Virus record (IMG/VR): IMGVR_UViG_3300028920_000035
Location: 83,623 to 147,622 of that record
Length of the DNA stretch: 64,000 nucleotides
Direction: 5' to 3' (one strand)
DNA from: a virus
Below the pieces are notes generated by a model that made no database searches, was not told the origin of the DNA, and saw nothing but the letters and a program-made list of their open reading frames with translations. How positions within the stretch are numbered: position 1 is the first letter of the stretch; each line of letters starts with the position of its first letter. Positions 49,781 to 59,200 of this stretch are shown here, piece after piece. A program made the position numbers and the translations under genes.

Positions 49781-50213
49781 TGAAGTCCTCGGTTAAGAGT
49801 CTGCGGTTCAGCCACTCAGGGACGGGAGTGTCAGAGCCGAAGCCATATGCGAGCCACCGTTCAGGCTCGTTTCGAAGTTGCAGGATACGACCCCCCAATA
49901 GCAAACGTTGAACGGCTTCCTGAATGGCCTGAACTGTCTGAGTATTCTTCCTGTGTTTGCGGACGAAGGCTCGGACAGAACCTCTCATGTGGGCAACGAC
50001 CCACGCCCGAGCAACCGGGGGGCAAAGGAAGTAAACCCTTTGCTTGTCTCGACCAGCTAGCCATAAAGCAGTCACGAAGACCGCCATGAACCGTTTGGGA
50101 TCCAGTGCCACATAGGAGTAACCCCTAACCCCAGACTCATACTGACGGTAGAAATAGGCCTGTATCTTGTTGGGGGGGCTCCCAACCAAGGCTTCATGGA
50201 ATCGCTCAAGCAC
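49767..50213 (-). CDS. Hypothetical protein
   Basis: CGGTG-TACAGA-6 nt-GTG(50213). Confidence 0.55.
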   Translation of the reverse strand: MLERFHEALVGSPPNKIQAYFYRQYESGVRGYSYVALDPKRFMAVFVTALWLAGRDKQRVYFLCPPVARAWVVAHMRGSVRAFVRKHRKNTQTVQAIQEAVQRLLLGGRILQLRNEPERWLAYGFGSDTPVPEWLNRRLLTEDFNGDR

Positions 50214-50268
50214 ACTTCTTCTGTACACCGGAACAGGCAGCAAGATTTATTTATGGGCCGACACAAGC

Positions 50269-50859
50269 ATGAAGCAGTTATCGAACGCCGAGCTGGTCAG
50301 TCTCAAAAACCGTTGCCAGGTAGCGGTACGTCGGGGATATACTGTGGGGCAGGCGTCTTCATATGCCCGGCGTCTTGCTGGAGAGATCCAGGGCCAAGTT
50401 CCAGCAAGAGTGAAGCAGGAGTCTCCCGAACACGTCCTCTGGCTCCTCTGGCTTTGCAAGAAAGTTGAAGAAGCCCGGGCAGGTAAGCCCATGCCGCCCA
50501 TGCCGCCCATGCTGCCCAAGCCTGGCGTTTCTTTACCTCTACCTCTACCTCTACCTCTACCTCTGCCACCTCCACCTCCGGCTCTTGAACCGGAGTTTAA
50601 GAATGAGGAGAATGTGGTCGAGGTTACAGAAGCCGTCGTCGTCGAAGAGACGGTCGGCGACGAAACCGGCGACGACGACGATGGCGATGTTGCTGCGGAC
50701 CTCATCCCTGAGGATGAGGACTTGGATGGGATGACCAAGACCGAGCTATACGACGTTGCCCAGACGATCGAACTGTCGGGTCGCAGCGGCTTGGACAAAG
50801 AAGACCTACTTGCCGCTCTGAAGGTCCGACGCAACCGTAGCCGGACCCGACGCCAGTAG
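50269..50859 (+). CDS. Protein with Pro-rich linker and C-terminal Rho-N-like domain
   Basis: LDGMTKTELYDVAQTIELSGRSGLDKEDLLAAL; (LP)n repeat. Confidence 0.7.
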   Translation: MKQLSNAELVSLKNRCQVAVRRGYTVGQASSYARRLAGEIQGQVPARVKQESPEHVLWLLWLCKKVEEARAGKPMPPMPPMLPKPGVSLPLPLPLPLPLPPPPPALEPEFKNEENVVEVTEAVVVEETVGDETGDDDDGDVAADLIPEDEDLDGMTKTELYDVAQTIELSGRSGLDKEDLLAALKVRRNRSRTRRQ

Positions 50860-50861
50860 CC

Positions 50862-51968
50862 TCAAGCACACACTTTGTCGCGCCACGCCTGAAGCAGCGC
50901 CTTGCGCGTCTCGGGCCCCACGCCATCCTCGTTGATGCCCGCGAGCATCTGGAAGATCTCGACCGCTTGCCCTGTCTTGCGGCCCCAGATGCCGTCAACA
51001 CCATCGTCCTTGGGGCCCGAGCGTCCGAGGTCATAGCCCATGTCAACCAGGACCTGCTGAACCTCATCGGTCTCATAGAAGTCGGGCTCACTATCATCCG
51101 TCGGGGGGGCAACGTTCGCCCACTCCTTCAGCTCGGAGGCGAAGTCGGGAAGGTCGACCTCGAAGAGGCGCTCGATGACCGGGCGGATCTTGTCGTACCG
51201 ATGAGGGTAGATGCTGATGCGAGGGCCAAAGGTCAGCTCCTTCAGGATGGCGATGCACCAGTCGGGACTCCACTTGGCCGCTCCTGTGCTTTTGACGGCC
51301 TTCTGGAGGCCCTTCGAGGCGTGGCTGGGATTGTTGGCCGCGAACGACAGAAACGCCGCCCTGAGGGCTCCCACCCACTTCTCGTCGGGGTAGCCGTCGA
51401 ACAGCACCCGTTGAGCATCCTTCGTCGCGAAGGACCGCACTCGTTGCGCCGTGTAACTCACCTGAATGCGGTCGGCCTCTGGCTGGGCCAGACACTCGGC
51501 CATGCACTTGCACCAAAGGCGGGCGTGGGCCTTGGACACCTCGTCCCACGAGCCCCGCTTGCCGTTCGAGTTGAGCAGGAAGGTATGCTGCTGCTCAAGC
51601 AGCTCATCAACCTCGTTGCTACCCCGGAAGAAGCGCCACTTGGTGCCGCTTTTGCGCCGGAACCCAACCTTACTAGACACCATGGCCGGGCGTAGGGCGT
51701 CGAGCAGACCCTCGTCTTGGGTGGCAATGGCACCTAGGAGCTTCGAGGTCAGGAAAAAGCTTGCCTCACACCACTGAAAGTAGCCGACCGAGATGATGCA
51801 TCGGTCGTACATGTTGACGGCGTTCCCTGACCCACCCTCAGTTTGGGTAATGACCGCCATGATGCGGTCCTCTGCCGTTGGGTTGGCAGGTAGGCTGTAC
51901 TTGACAGTCCCGGGGGTCCACGGACCTTCATAGTTGGAATACTTGCCCCATTTGAGAATGATGCTCAT
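50862..51968 (-). CDS. Endolysin-like protein: lysozyme-type N-domain plus PG_binding_1 domain
   Basis: TEGG..NAVNMYD..ISVGYFQW; VQQVL..MGYDLG..GVDGIWGRKT..AV..FQ....DGVGPET. Confidence 0.75.
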   Translation of the reverse strand: MSIILKWGKYSNYEGPWTPGTVKYSLPANPTAEDRIMAVITQTEGGSGNAVNMYDRCIISVGYFQWCEASFFLTSKLLGAIATQDEGLLDALRPAMVSSKVGFRRKSGTKWRFFRGSNEVDELLEQQHTFLLNSNGKRGSWDEVSKAHARLWCKCMAECLAQPEADRIQVSYTAQRVRSFATKDAQRVLFDGYPDEKWVGALRAAFLSFAANNPSHASKGLQKAVKSTGAAKWSPDWCIAILKELTFGPRISIYPHRYDKIRPVIERLFEVDLPDFASELKEWANVAPPTDDSEPDFYETDEVQQVLVDMGYDLGRSGPKDDGVDGIWGRKTGQAVEIFQMLAGINEDGVGPETRKALLQAWRDKVCA

Positions 51969-52021
51969 TTCACGGCCCCTTTCATAGGTATGTTTGGCCT
52001 TCACCAAGATCACCCGTAGGG

Positions 52022-52375
52022 TTAATCAAGGTCCCCCAGGCGCTCGAACGCCGTGGGTAGCTCTTTAGACTCTTTGCGGATGGCGTTGCACACGACATTT
52101 GTCAGCATGCCAAGCCGTTGAGGGGGCTCCTGGAACCGCACAAGGCCGTCGACGATCCGCTCTTGTTGCGACAGGGATTGAGCCAAAATCTGGTTTGCCC
52201 TGTCAAGAGACTCAAAGCGCTCTTGTTGCGCGGCAATTTGTTCTTTGAGAGCGTTGACCTGTTCTTGGAGTTCGACCGCGCACCGGAAAGCTCGGTGCTT
52301 GAACCAAACCGACACCATAATCGCAAGCAGGGCTACGGTGCAGGAAATGACCGACCATGACAGGCTTTCTAACAT
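52022..52375 (-). CDS. Membrane-anchored coiled-coil protein with C-terminal PTAFERL motif
   Basis: N-terminal TM, heptads, ends LPTAFERLGDLD; CGGTG-TATGTA-7 nt-ATG. Confidence 0.65.
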   Translation of the reverse strand: MLESLSWSVISCTVALLAIMVSVWFKHRAFRCAVELQEQVNALKEQIAAQQERFESLDRANQILAQSLSQQERIVDGLVRFQEPPQRLGMLTNVVCNAIRKESKELPTAFERLGDLD

Positions 52376-52430
52376 TGCCCCCTACATACACCGAGCCGGC
52401 CTGATAAAGCACTCATTGGCCGGGCCAGTC

Positions 52431-53795
52431 ATGAACCACCGATTCCCGCCCTGCACCGCCACCTCGAAGAGGGAGTTGGCCAAGGAGCTGGAGGAGCGCG
52501 AGAGCATCATCATCGCGGCCGTACAGGCCGGTGAATACCAAGTCGATTGGAAGACCCTCACCATCGAAGAGGGCAGCCATGCTGTCGAGCTACACGTCTT
52601 CGCCGATGCTCTGAAGATCGATGGGGTTCGGGTCAATGCCAGTGCCCAGACCTGCCAGCACATTGCCGACCTCATCGGTGCTTGCTTGCTGACACCCAAA
52701 ATCGCGGATCAGGTGTGGCTCCAGCGGGAGACCACGCTCTCCCCCCGCACCCAAAGCATCAACGCCACGACACCCGGCATGATCAAGCACTCGGAGGCCG
52801 TTGAGGAGCAACTCGAAGGGCAGACGGGGCTCCTCGATACCATCGGCAAGCTGTGGGTCCTCGACGAGGACATCTTGCGCAACCAGCGGCTCCCCCAGCA
52901 AGCCATGAACTATGGGTGGCACTTCGCCCCTGGGCGGAAGTGGGGTGGTATCAATGGCAACCCCACGGCGAGCCTCATCAAGGACCCCGAGACCCGTCAG
53001 TACGTCCACATGATCCAGTCCCGTGGATGGCACCATGACATCCACCATGTCGACTACTGTTTGGCCCCCTCAACTCGCGTTTTGACGGCTGATTTGTGTT
53101 GGGTCGACATCGCTTCCCTTGTAGAGGGGGATCAACTCATCGGATTCGATGAGAAGCTGTCAAGGCCGCACCTACGGCGAGCGACCGTTCAAAAAGTCAC
53201 CCTCCTGGAGCAACCTTGCTTCGAGGTCGAAACGTCACGGGCTACGGTTGTCGCTTCTGCGGCACATAGATGGCCTGTGAAGGGAGCCGCCAGGGCTACT
53301 AACCGAGGGGTGGCCAACGGAAAGGCTTGGTCCAATACTCGCAGGTGTATGGGCTGGGTCGCGACTGAGGACCTCAAACCAGGGCAGCAGATCCCTTATC
53401 TCTGTGACCCTTGGGAGCAAGACACTTCCTGGGACGGGGCCTGGATGGCCGGCATCATCGACGGGGAAGGGTGGCTGAGTGGAACTACTTTTGGGGTAGC
53501 CCAGGAGGAGATTCATGCAGAGGTCCTGAACATCCGAAATGCTGGAGTTCGCCCGGTGGTGGGCATTCAGACCAGCACTGGTACTTTCATCGCGGAGGGG
53601 CTACTATCGCACAACTCACAAATCGTCCGATTGGTGGCCCGCGACTGCACTCTAGACGGCAAGCACGCAGACCTTGCCGACGTACTCAAGGGTGATCTAG
53701 CTTACCTGGTCAGCCACAACGGACCCCTGAGCTTTTCCCGACACCCGTTCGTCGAGCACGAGCACGTCGGCATGACCATCTTTGGAGACGCCTGA
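52431..53795 (+). CDS. Uncharacterised NYGWH/HxxxHVDYSQ-family protein (putative cell-wall enzyme) with mini-intein
   Basis: DALKIDGVRV, LLTPKIAD, GKLWVL, NYGWH, IQ..G..HDIHHVDY|SQIVRLV. Confidence 0.7.
   Translation: MNHRFPPCTATSKRELAKELEERESIIIAAVQAGEYQVDWKTLTIEEGSHAVELHVFADALKIDGVRVNASAQTCQHIADLIGACLLTPKIADQVWLQRETTLSPRTQSINATTPGMIKHSEAVEEQLEGQTGLLDTIGKLWVLDEDILRNQRLPQQAMNYGWHFAPGRKWGGINGNPTASLIKDPETRQYVHMIQSRGWHHDIHHVDYCLAPSTRVLTADLCWVDIASLVEGDQLIGFDEKLSRPHLRRATVQKVTLLEQPCFEVETSRATVVASAAHRWPVKGAARATNRGVANGKAWSNTRRCMGWVATEDLKPGQQIPYLCDPWEQDTSWDGAWMAGIIDGEGWLSGTTFGVAQEEIHAEVLNIRNAGVRPVVGIQTSTGTFIAEGLLSHNSQIVRLVARDCTLDGKHADLADVLKGDLAYLVSHNGPLSFSRHPFVEHEHVGMTIFGDA
53058..53615 (+). mobile_element. 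Mini-intein (186 aa) with remnant LAGLIDADG block
   Basis: CLAPSTRVLTADL ... SAAHRW ... WMAGIIDGEG ... IQTSTGTFIAEGLLSHN|S. Confidence 0.92.
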
Positions 53796-53800
53796 TCATC

Positions 53801-56242
53801 ATGGGACTCGGCGCTGAACTGATCCAAAGGATCGAGAGAGCGCTCGCTGCCAAGGATGGGCGGGCCCTCGAAGAGATTGCCAAGTGGGCCCGCACGAACT
53901 TCCGCTTCGAGTCAAGCAAGACGCCACGAGGTCAGAAGGACCTCAAGGCAGCCGCCCAGCGGTTCTTTGGCTCTTTGACGCTTGCCACGGGTTTGACCGA
54001 AGATGGGTGGAAGCACACGGCCGAGTGGTGGAAAAGTTTCAAGCGTGACGTGCCTTCCCTCGTACTCCACTTCAGCGCCGAGGGCGATCAGGCGCGTGGC
54101 AAGAAAGAGCAGGTGGTCGAGCTGAAGTTGAGCCATGCTACCTACTTCAACCGATCGGGCATGGCCGAGGCCACGTTCCGCAAGTACGCCAAAGCCGTTG
54201 AAGAGACGCTGGCCTCACTGAAGGGGTGGCGCACGAAAGCCCTGAATGGCAACCTGAAGGTTGTCTTCGTGGGTTCCCAGATGAGGGTGCAAGGCAAGTA
54301 CCGCGAGGCCCTGGACGAGATGTGGGTCAAGGCCACTCCCAAGGTCCTCAAACGCTCGGGCGGCACCTACGGGAGCCCCGAGTACATCCTCGTGCATGAG
54401 CTGGGTCACCGCTACGAGCGTTTCAACTCGCTACCCACCGTGGGCTTCGGTCGGGATGCCGTGTGGCGCACGACACGCTACAGCTGGAACGACGGTGAGG
54501 ACTTTGCCGAGCTGTTTGCTCTGGGGCACTTCAACATCCGAGGCCAGTGGGGGGAGAAACTCGACCTCTTTGAGAAGACGATGGCGGGTAAGACGGCCAA
54601 CATCATCGAGGTGGGTAGGTGCAACCACCAAGCACTCACTCAGTGGTGGGAGCAAAAGGCCACAGACTTGACGTTTATCGACGCGGGGATTGCAGCTCGG
54701 GTTGCTGCCGAGTACACGAAAGGTAAGCCGAGCTACCCCCATCGCACGGACCGCGCTCAACCGACCAATGCGAACCTGTGGGACGACGTGCTGAACGTCG
54801 CGAGTGGTCGTCGCAACGAGCTGAGCATCGGGGACCGCACCATTCACGCACCCAACGAAGGACGTGGCTTCAGCAACATGCCCCAGAACCCACAGGGGAT
54901 CAGCTGGGCCGTCAAACAATACAAAGGATTTGGCGGAGGCTGGAAGGAAGCCAGGAGGGTCACGGTAGAATTCCAAAATCGAGCTGGCCGCATCCTCGAC
55001 GCAGGGGGCATCATGGCGGTCCCTCTGGGCAATGAGCAAGAGCGTCTGTGGATGGCCCGTCTGGCCCACACGGGGTACGCCGAGAAGATTGGCGAGAATG
55101 AGCGAGAGACCCTGTGGGTACGCACCGGAACCAAAAAGATCTCTGACCAGGGCATCCTGTTTCTGTCCAAGCTCAGCAATGGCATCAAGGGCAAGTTCGA
55201 CCTTGACGCCGCCAAGGGTGCTTTGGAGCCGCTCGGGTTCAAGTTCGAGGACGCGGTGGCGGCCCTTCCCCTCGACTACTTCGGTATCAAGAAGGTGGTC
55301 AACCAGAAGCACCCTGAGCTCCCCTGGGACGTAACCGACAGCTCCCTCATCTCGCCTCGACGGGGAGCGGCCGCATTCGAGACCGAAACTGAGGCCCTAA
55401 AAGCGTTGAAGCGGGTCCAAGGGCTCTTCACGGCCAGCCCACCCAAGGGGCCCGCCCGCCCCAAAAAGGGCGAGCTGTACGCCTACTGGAAAAGTACCCG
55501 GGTCCGCCCCGGGTTCGACAAGAGCACCTTCGAGCTGGAGTGGGTCGTCAAGGTCTGGGTGGGCGTACCCAGTCTGCGCATCACGTCGCCCAAGGGAGTG
55601 GTTCTGGACATCCCCACGTTGGATCGGGACCTGCGCAAGAACACCAGCTCGGCCAGCTTTTGGACGTTCATTTACAAGAAGTGCGAAGGCCAAGCCTTGG
55701 CCCAGGCCAAGCTTCAAGAGCTGGGAGAGGGGGCCATCGAAGCGGCCAAACCCCAGCCCAAGAATCCTCGAGGTCTAGCCAACACAGGCACGTGTGGTGT
55801 TTGCGAGCAGAACGTCAAGCTCAGCAAGGGCCGCATCATGCGCCATGGGTGGAAGGTCCAGGGCAGTCGCTGGAAGGGCTCCTATGGTAACTCGTGGCAC
55901 TCTGGACCGTGCTTTGGGGTAAATTACGAGCCATGGGAGGTCAGCTCCAGATCAGCCAAGGACTTCCTCAAGCACCTCCAGAAGGCCGTTCTACCGGTCG
56001 CCGAGGCACGACTGGGACAGGCCAAGCTCAAGCCCGATGTCCTGGTGGTCCGGGACTTCCGTAGTCAACCGCAAGAGTTTCCCCGCGGCGAGGAGAAGAC
56101 CGCCACGCGATTCAAGTACGACGAGGCTTGGGGGAAACGGTTAGCGAGCGCTGAGGAAGAGCTGAAGGCCGTTAAGGACGCCATCCAATTCTTCGAGACA
56201 CGGATTCAAGGCTGGAAAGCCCAACCCCTCCCTGGAAAGTGA
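53801..56242 (+). CDS. Polyvalent protein: HExxH metallopeptidase-like domain, internal KTA/RVAAEY linkers, C-terminal Zn-binding domain
   Basis: LVHELGHRY...TRYS...EDFAELFA; GKTAN; GIAARVAAEY; GTCGVC...RHG...C.G. Confidence 0.75.
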   Translation: MGLGAELIQRIERALAAKDGRALEEIAKWARTNFRFESSKTPRGQKDLKAAAQRFFGSLTLATGLTEDGWKHTAEWWKSFKRDVPSLVLHFSAEGDQARGKKEQVVELKLSHATYFNRSGMAEATFRKYAKAVEETLASLKGWRTKALNGNLKVVFVGSQMRVQGKYREALDEMWVKATPKVLKRSGGTYGSPEYILVHELGHRYERFNSLPTVGFGRDAVWRTTRYSWNDGEDFAELFALGHFNIRGQWGEKLDLFEKTMAGKTANIIEVGRCNHQALTQWWEQKATDLTFIDAGIAARVAAEYTKGKPSYPHRTDRAQPTNANLWDDVLNVASGRRNELSIGDRTIHAPNEGRGFSNMPQNPQGISWAVKQYKGFGGGWKEARRVTVEFQNRAGRILDAGGIMAVPLGNEQERLWMARLAHTGYAEKIGENERETLWVRTGTKKISDQGILFLSKLSNGIKGKFDLDAAKGALEPLGFKFEDAVAALPLDYFGIKKVVNQKHPELPWDVTDSSLISPRRGAAAFETETEALKALKRVQGLFTASPPKGPARPKKGELYAYWKSTRVRPGFDKSTFELEWVVKVWVGVPSLRITSPKGVVLDIPTLDRDLRKNTSSASFWTFIYKKCEGQALAQAKLQELGEGAIEAAKPQPKNPRGLANTGTCGVCEQNVKLSKGRIMRHGWKVQGSRWKGSYGNSWHSGPCFGVNYEPWEVSSRSAKDFLKHLQKAVLPVAEARLGQAKLKPDVLVVRDFRSQPQEFPRGEEKTATRFKYDEAWGKRLASAEEELKAVKDAIQFFETRIQGWKAQPLPGK

Positions 56243-56245
56243 TTC

Positions 56246-56893
56246 ATGGCATTCATCGGCATTAAGCTACCTGAGGGCGCAGCCCGAGTGCTGCACAGGA
56301 TCGATGGCATCCCTGGCGACCGGGTTCCCCGAGACCACGCGCACGTGACCATGGTTTTCTTGGGGGATGAAGTCCCGTTTACAGTCCTGAATCGTGTCAT
56401 CGAGGTGATTGCCAAGCTTGGTGAGACGACACAGCCCTTCCCCTGCTACACGAGCTTGGTCTCAACGTTCCCCTCCGATTCCGATTCCGACTCCGACACG
56501 GTGCCCATCATCTGTCGCGTCAACTCAAACGAGCTGCACGACCTGCAAGCTCGTCTGTGCAAGGAACTCGACAAGGCGCGGGTGCCCTACTCAAAGAAGT
56601 ACCCCGAGTACAAGCCACACACGACACTGGCCTTTGCACCGTCCAAGAATGCCGAGGTCTGGCACGATCGAACCATTCCTACGGTGAGTTGGGGCGTCAA
56701 CGAGATCACGCTGTGGGGTGGGGATGAGGGGGATGAGCGATTGGTCGTCACCGTGCCCTTCGCTCTCAAGCTTGAACTTCCCAAGCGGGTGGCCGCACGC
56801 TACCGGTTCAAGCATCTTCATCATCTTCATCCTTGCCACCATCTTCCTGGTCGTCGCTGCTGGATACCTCTTCATCGTCCCCGAGCGCATTGA
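56246..56893 (+). CDS. 2H phosphoesterase (2'-5' RNA ligase/Acb1-like fold) followed by an RVAARY motif
   Basis: Two HxT motifs (HVTM, PHTTL); AFIGI N-terminus; LPKRVAARY. Confidence 0.85.
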   Translation: MAFIGIKLPEGAARVLHRIDGIPGDRVPRDHAHVTMVFLGDEVPFTVLNRVIEVIAKLGETTQPFPCYTSLVSTFPSDSDSDSDTVPIICRVNSNELHDLQARLCKELDKARVPYSKKYPEYKPHTTLAFAPSKNAEVWHDRTIPTVSWGVNEITLWGGDEGDERLVVTVPFALKLELPKRVAARYRFKHLHHLHPCHHLPGRRCWIPLHRPRAH

Positions 56894-57316
56894 CCACCGA
56901 TTCTCCGGCATCATACCCCTCACCATCGCTGCCATGTTCGCCTACTTCTTCGTCTGGCGTGATGCCCAGCGCTTGCTCCTCAAGCGCTAACGGGATGGTC
57001 GAAACCCAGTAGACGTCGCACTCACCGCCGCGAGTCGCTGCGGTCTCGCTCTCCAACACATAAGTCTTACCCTTCAGGCTACGAATCTTCCCGGCGCCTT
57101 CGAGCCACGCGATCCCCTGGCGCAACGTGTTGTCACCATACCCGTGTTGCTCACCCCAACGGTCAAGATCGTTCCAGGTTCGAAGAGTGTTGTCGAGGAA
57201 GACCCGGATCGGGCGAGTAGCCTTGACCCACCCCGGATGGTTCGAGGGGCTGGAAAAGTTGAAGCCACCGCGACAAGGCGGTTGTCGTTTCGTACTGGCC
57301 ATTACATCATCACTGG

Positions 57317-57508
57317 GTGGGCCCTTTAGATTACACTGAACTAGCGGAAAGGGTTGCTATGATCAGCACCCAATGTAAGGACCCCGCAGTCAGGCGACAC
57401 GCAAAGAGAGTTGAGTTGCTCATGTACGAGTTGGCGGCCGATGCCCGGGAGTCCTACCCGACGGCCTGGGAAAGACTTGCCAACGACTCGTCGACGATGG
57501 ACACTTAG
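57317..57508 (+). CDS. Small protein with C-terminal PTAWERL motif
   Basis: ...SYPTAWERLANDSSTMDT; start uncertain. Confidence 0.5.
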   Translation: MGPLDYTELAERVAMISTQCKDPAVRRHAKRVELLMYELAADARESYPTAWERLANDSSTMDT

Positions 57509-57511
57509 GCC

Positions 57512-58147
57512 ATGCCCCGTGAAGACGACCTCCCGCTACTAAACCCAAGCATGCTAATGAGCGTGGCAGGGGCGCGGGAATTGGAGGCCGCTGAGGCTTT
57601 CGCAGGACGGCCCCAGGGGGTCCAACTCTACGCGGACAGCCATGACCGTCTGCGAGCCATCGACGACCAAGGTGCTGAAATCTCCCTGGACGACCTAGAC
57701 GCGGGTAGTGTCGGAGAAGCTGACCCCGCCTTGGAGCAGATGTTCATGAACGGGGTACCAGAACAGTTCCGCGAGGCACATGCCAGGACCTCGGTCGATG
57801 CGATGCCGATTCAGTTTGACGCGGAGTTCAGTGAACCTGTGGGTGGTGCATCCACGCCCAACGAACGGGTGCGGTTCCAAGTTGGGCGAGAGAGCCCACC
57901 GGCCCGCCCCTTCTCTGGGGGCGTGCAATCCCAAGACGGGCTCGTAGTCTCTCGTATCAGGCCCAATGGCCAAGTCGAGCATGTCCCCCGCCCCCGAATC
58001 TCCGACGGCGCTGGGCGGCCCCTGGCGCCCGCTGTGCCTCGTATAGGCGGCTCTCAACCTCTCCCGACTCGAACGGCCGCCCAAAGCGCCCCGACACCCG
58101 CCGCCGTAGTAGGACCGTCGCTGTGGGAGCGCCTGGCGGACGACTAG
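57512..58147 (+). CDS. Largely disordered protein with C-terminal PSLWERL motif
   Basis: 211 aa, ends GPSLWERLADD. Confidence 0.65.
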   Translation: MPREDDLPLLNPSMLMSVAGARELEAAEAFAGRPQGVQLYADSHDRLRAIDDQGAEISLDDLDAGSVGEADPALEQMFMNGVPEQFREAHARTSVDAMPIQFDAEFSEPVGGASTPNERVRFQVGRESPPARPFSGGVQSQDGLVVSRIRPNGQVEHVPRPRISDGAGRPLAPAVPRIGGSQPLPTRTAAQSAPTPAAVVGPSLWERLADD

Positions 58148-58455
58148 TTCGGGGGGTCACTCTCTTTGCTAGGAGCCACGATCACTGAAATCTTCGCGCC
58201 GTTTTGGCGACTCATCTCGGCGTGGATGGCTCTCCCCAAACGAAGACTCACGTGCTGGAAGGCCAGTTTGGCGGTTTCGAAGTCCTCAACCAACTTGTGC
58301 AGATCGGGGTGGACCTCAGAATCACTGTCGTCGTGAACACGTTGATAGACGCTCGCCAACGCGATGATCAACTCCCGCCGGTTTACGTAGTCAGTAGCAT
58401 TCTCGATCCTCTCGAAGACCTCGAGGAGCTGTGGGGGGTATTGAGGGTCTGGCAT
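58144..58455 (-). CDS. Hypothetical helical protein
   Basis: About 103 aa, follows the CHAP gene. Confidence 0.55.
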   Translation of the reverse strand: MPDPQYPPQLLEVFERIENATDYVNRRELIIALASVYQRVHDDSDSEVHPDLHKLVEDFETAKLAFQHVSLRLGRAIHAEMSRQNGAKISVIVAPSKESDPPN

Positions 58456-58457
58456 GG

Positions 58458-59144
58458 TCAAGCGTTGGCGGTTCGAGCCTTCCAGTCGGCTTCGAAGTCG
58501 GCCTCAGCTCGAACCTCGTCCAGCATCTGCTGGGTAGTGAGAGCCACGAGGCCTTTGAGGTAGTCGATCTGCCAGGATTTGAGCAGATGTTTCGGGGACT
58601 GGCTGTTCTCGCGTGGGTAGGCAATGAAGCCCAGGAGTCTGGAGTGGTTGAAGGGGGTCCACTCGATACGGGTAGCATTGATGCCAGTAGGGTTGGGAGC
58701 CTCGTTGGCGCCGATGTTCTGGTAGTGGCTCCCGTCCACCGACATCACACGGTCCACATGCCCCCACCAGGCGGTTTCGGGGCGTCCGGGGATGCTCCGG
58801 TCATAGATGGCGAGATCGCCTTTTTCGGGCAGCCAGACACCTGCCAGGACCTCGCTCTTTTCGTGCCACGTGGCCGACGCAATCGAATCGCACATCAGCT
58901 CTTTGGCCCCGGCTCGGTACTGGTGGGGAAGGTTAGGGGGGCTATCCACGCCCATCTCCAGGAGTGTTTGCGCGGCACACCAGCTGGCGAAGGCCGCACA
59001 ATGATTACCCTTCTTGATTCCGAGGATCTTCCCACCCCGCACACAGTTTTGGAAGTACACGGCCACGTCCACGGCCGTGGGTGGGTTGACTCGGGCCATT
59101 TCTCGCTCAGCCACTTTCACGCACATCTCGCCAAACGTCATCAT
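58458..59144 (-). CDS. CHAP-domain amidase/peptidase
   Basis: NHCAAFASWC (catalytic Cys), PEKGDLAIY, WGHV (catalytic His), NIGAN; GGAG SD before ATG 59144. Confidence 0.8.
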   Translation of the reverse strand: MMTFGEMCVKVAEREMARVNPPTAVDVAVYFQNCVRGGKILGIKKGNHCAAFASWCAAQTLLEMGVDSPPNLPHQYRAGAKELMCDSIASATWHEKSEVLAGVWLPEKGDLAIYDRSIPGRPETAWWGHVDRVMSVDGSHYQNIGANEAPNPTGINATRIEWTPFNHSRLLGFIAYPRENSQSPKHLLKSWQIDYLKGLVALTTQQMLDEVRAEADFEADWKARTANA

Positions 59145-59200
59145 CTCCGATCCTTTCCGCTGGGTCCCTGAAGCTACTCTACTCCTCCGAACCCAGACAC

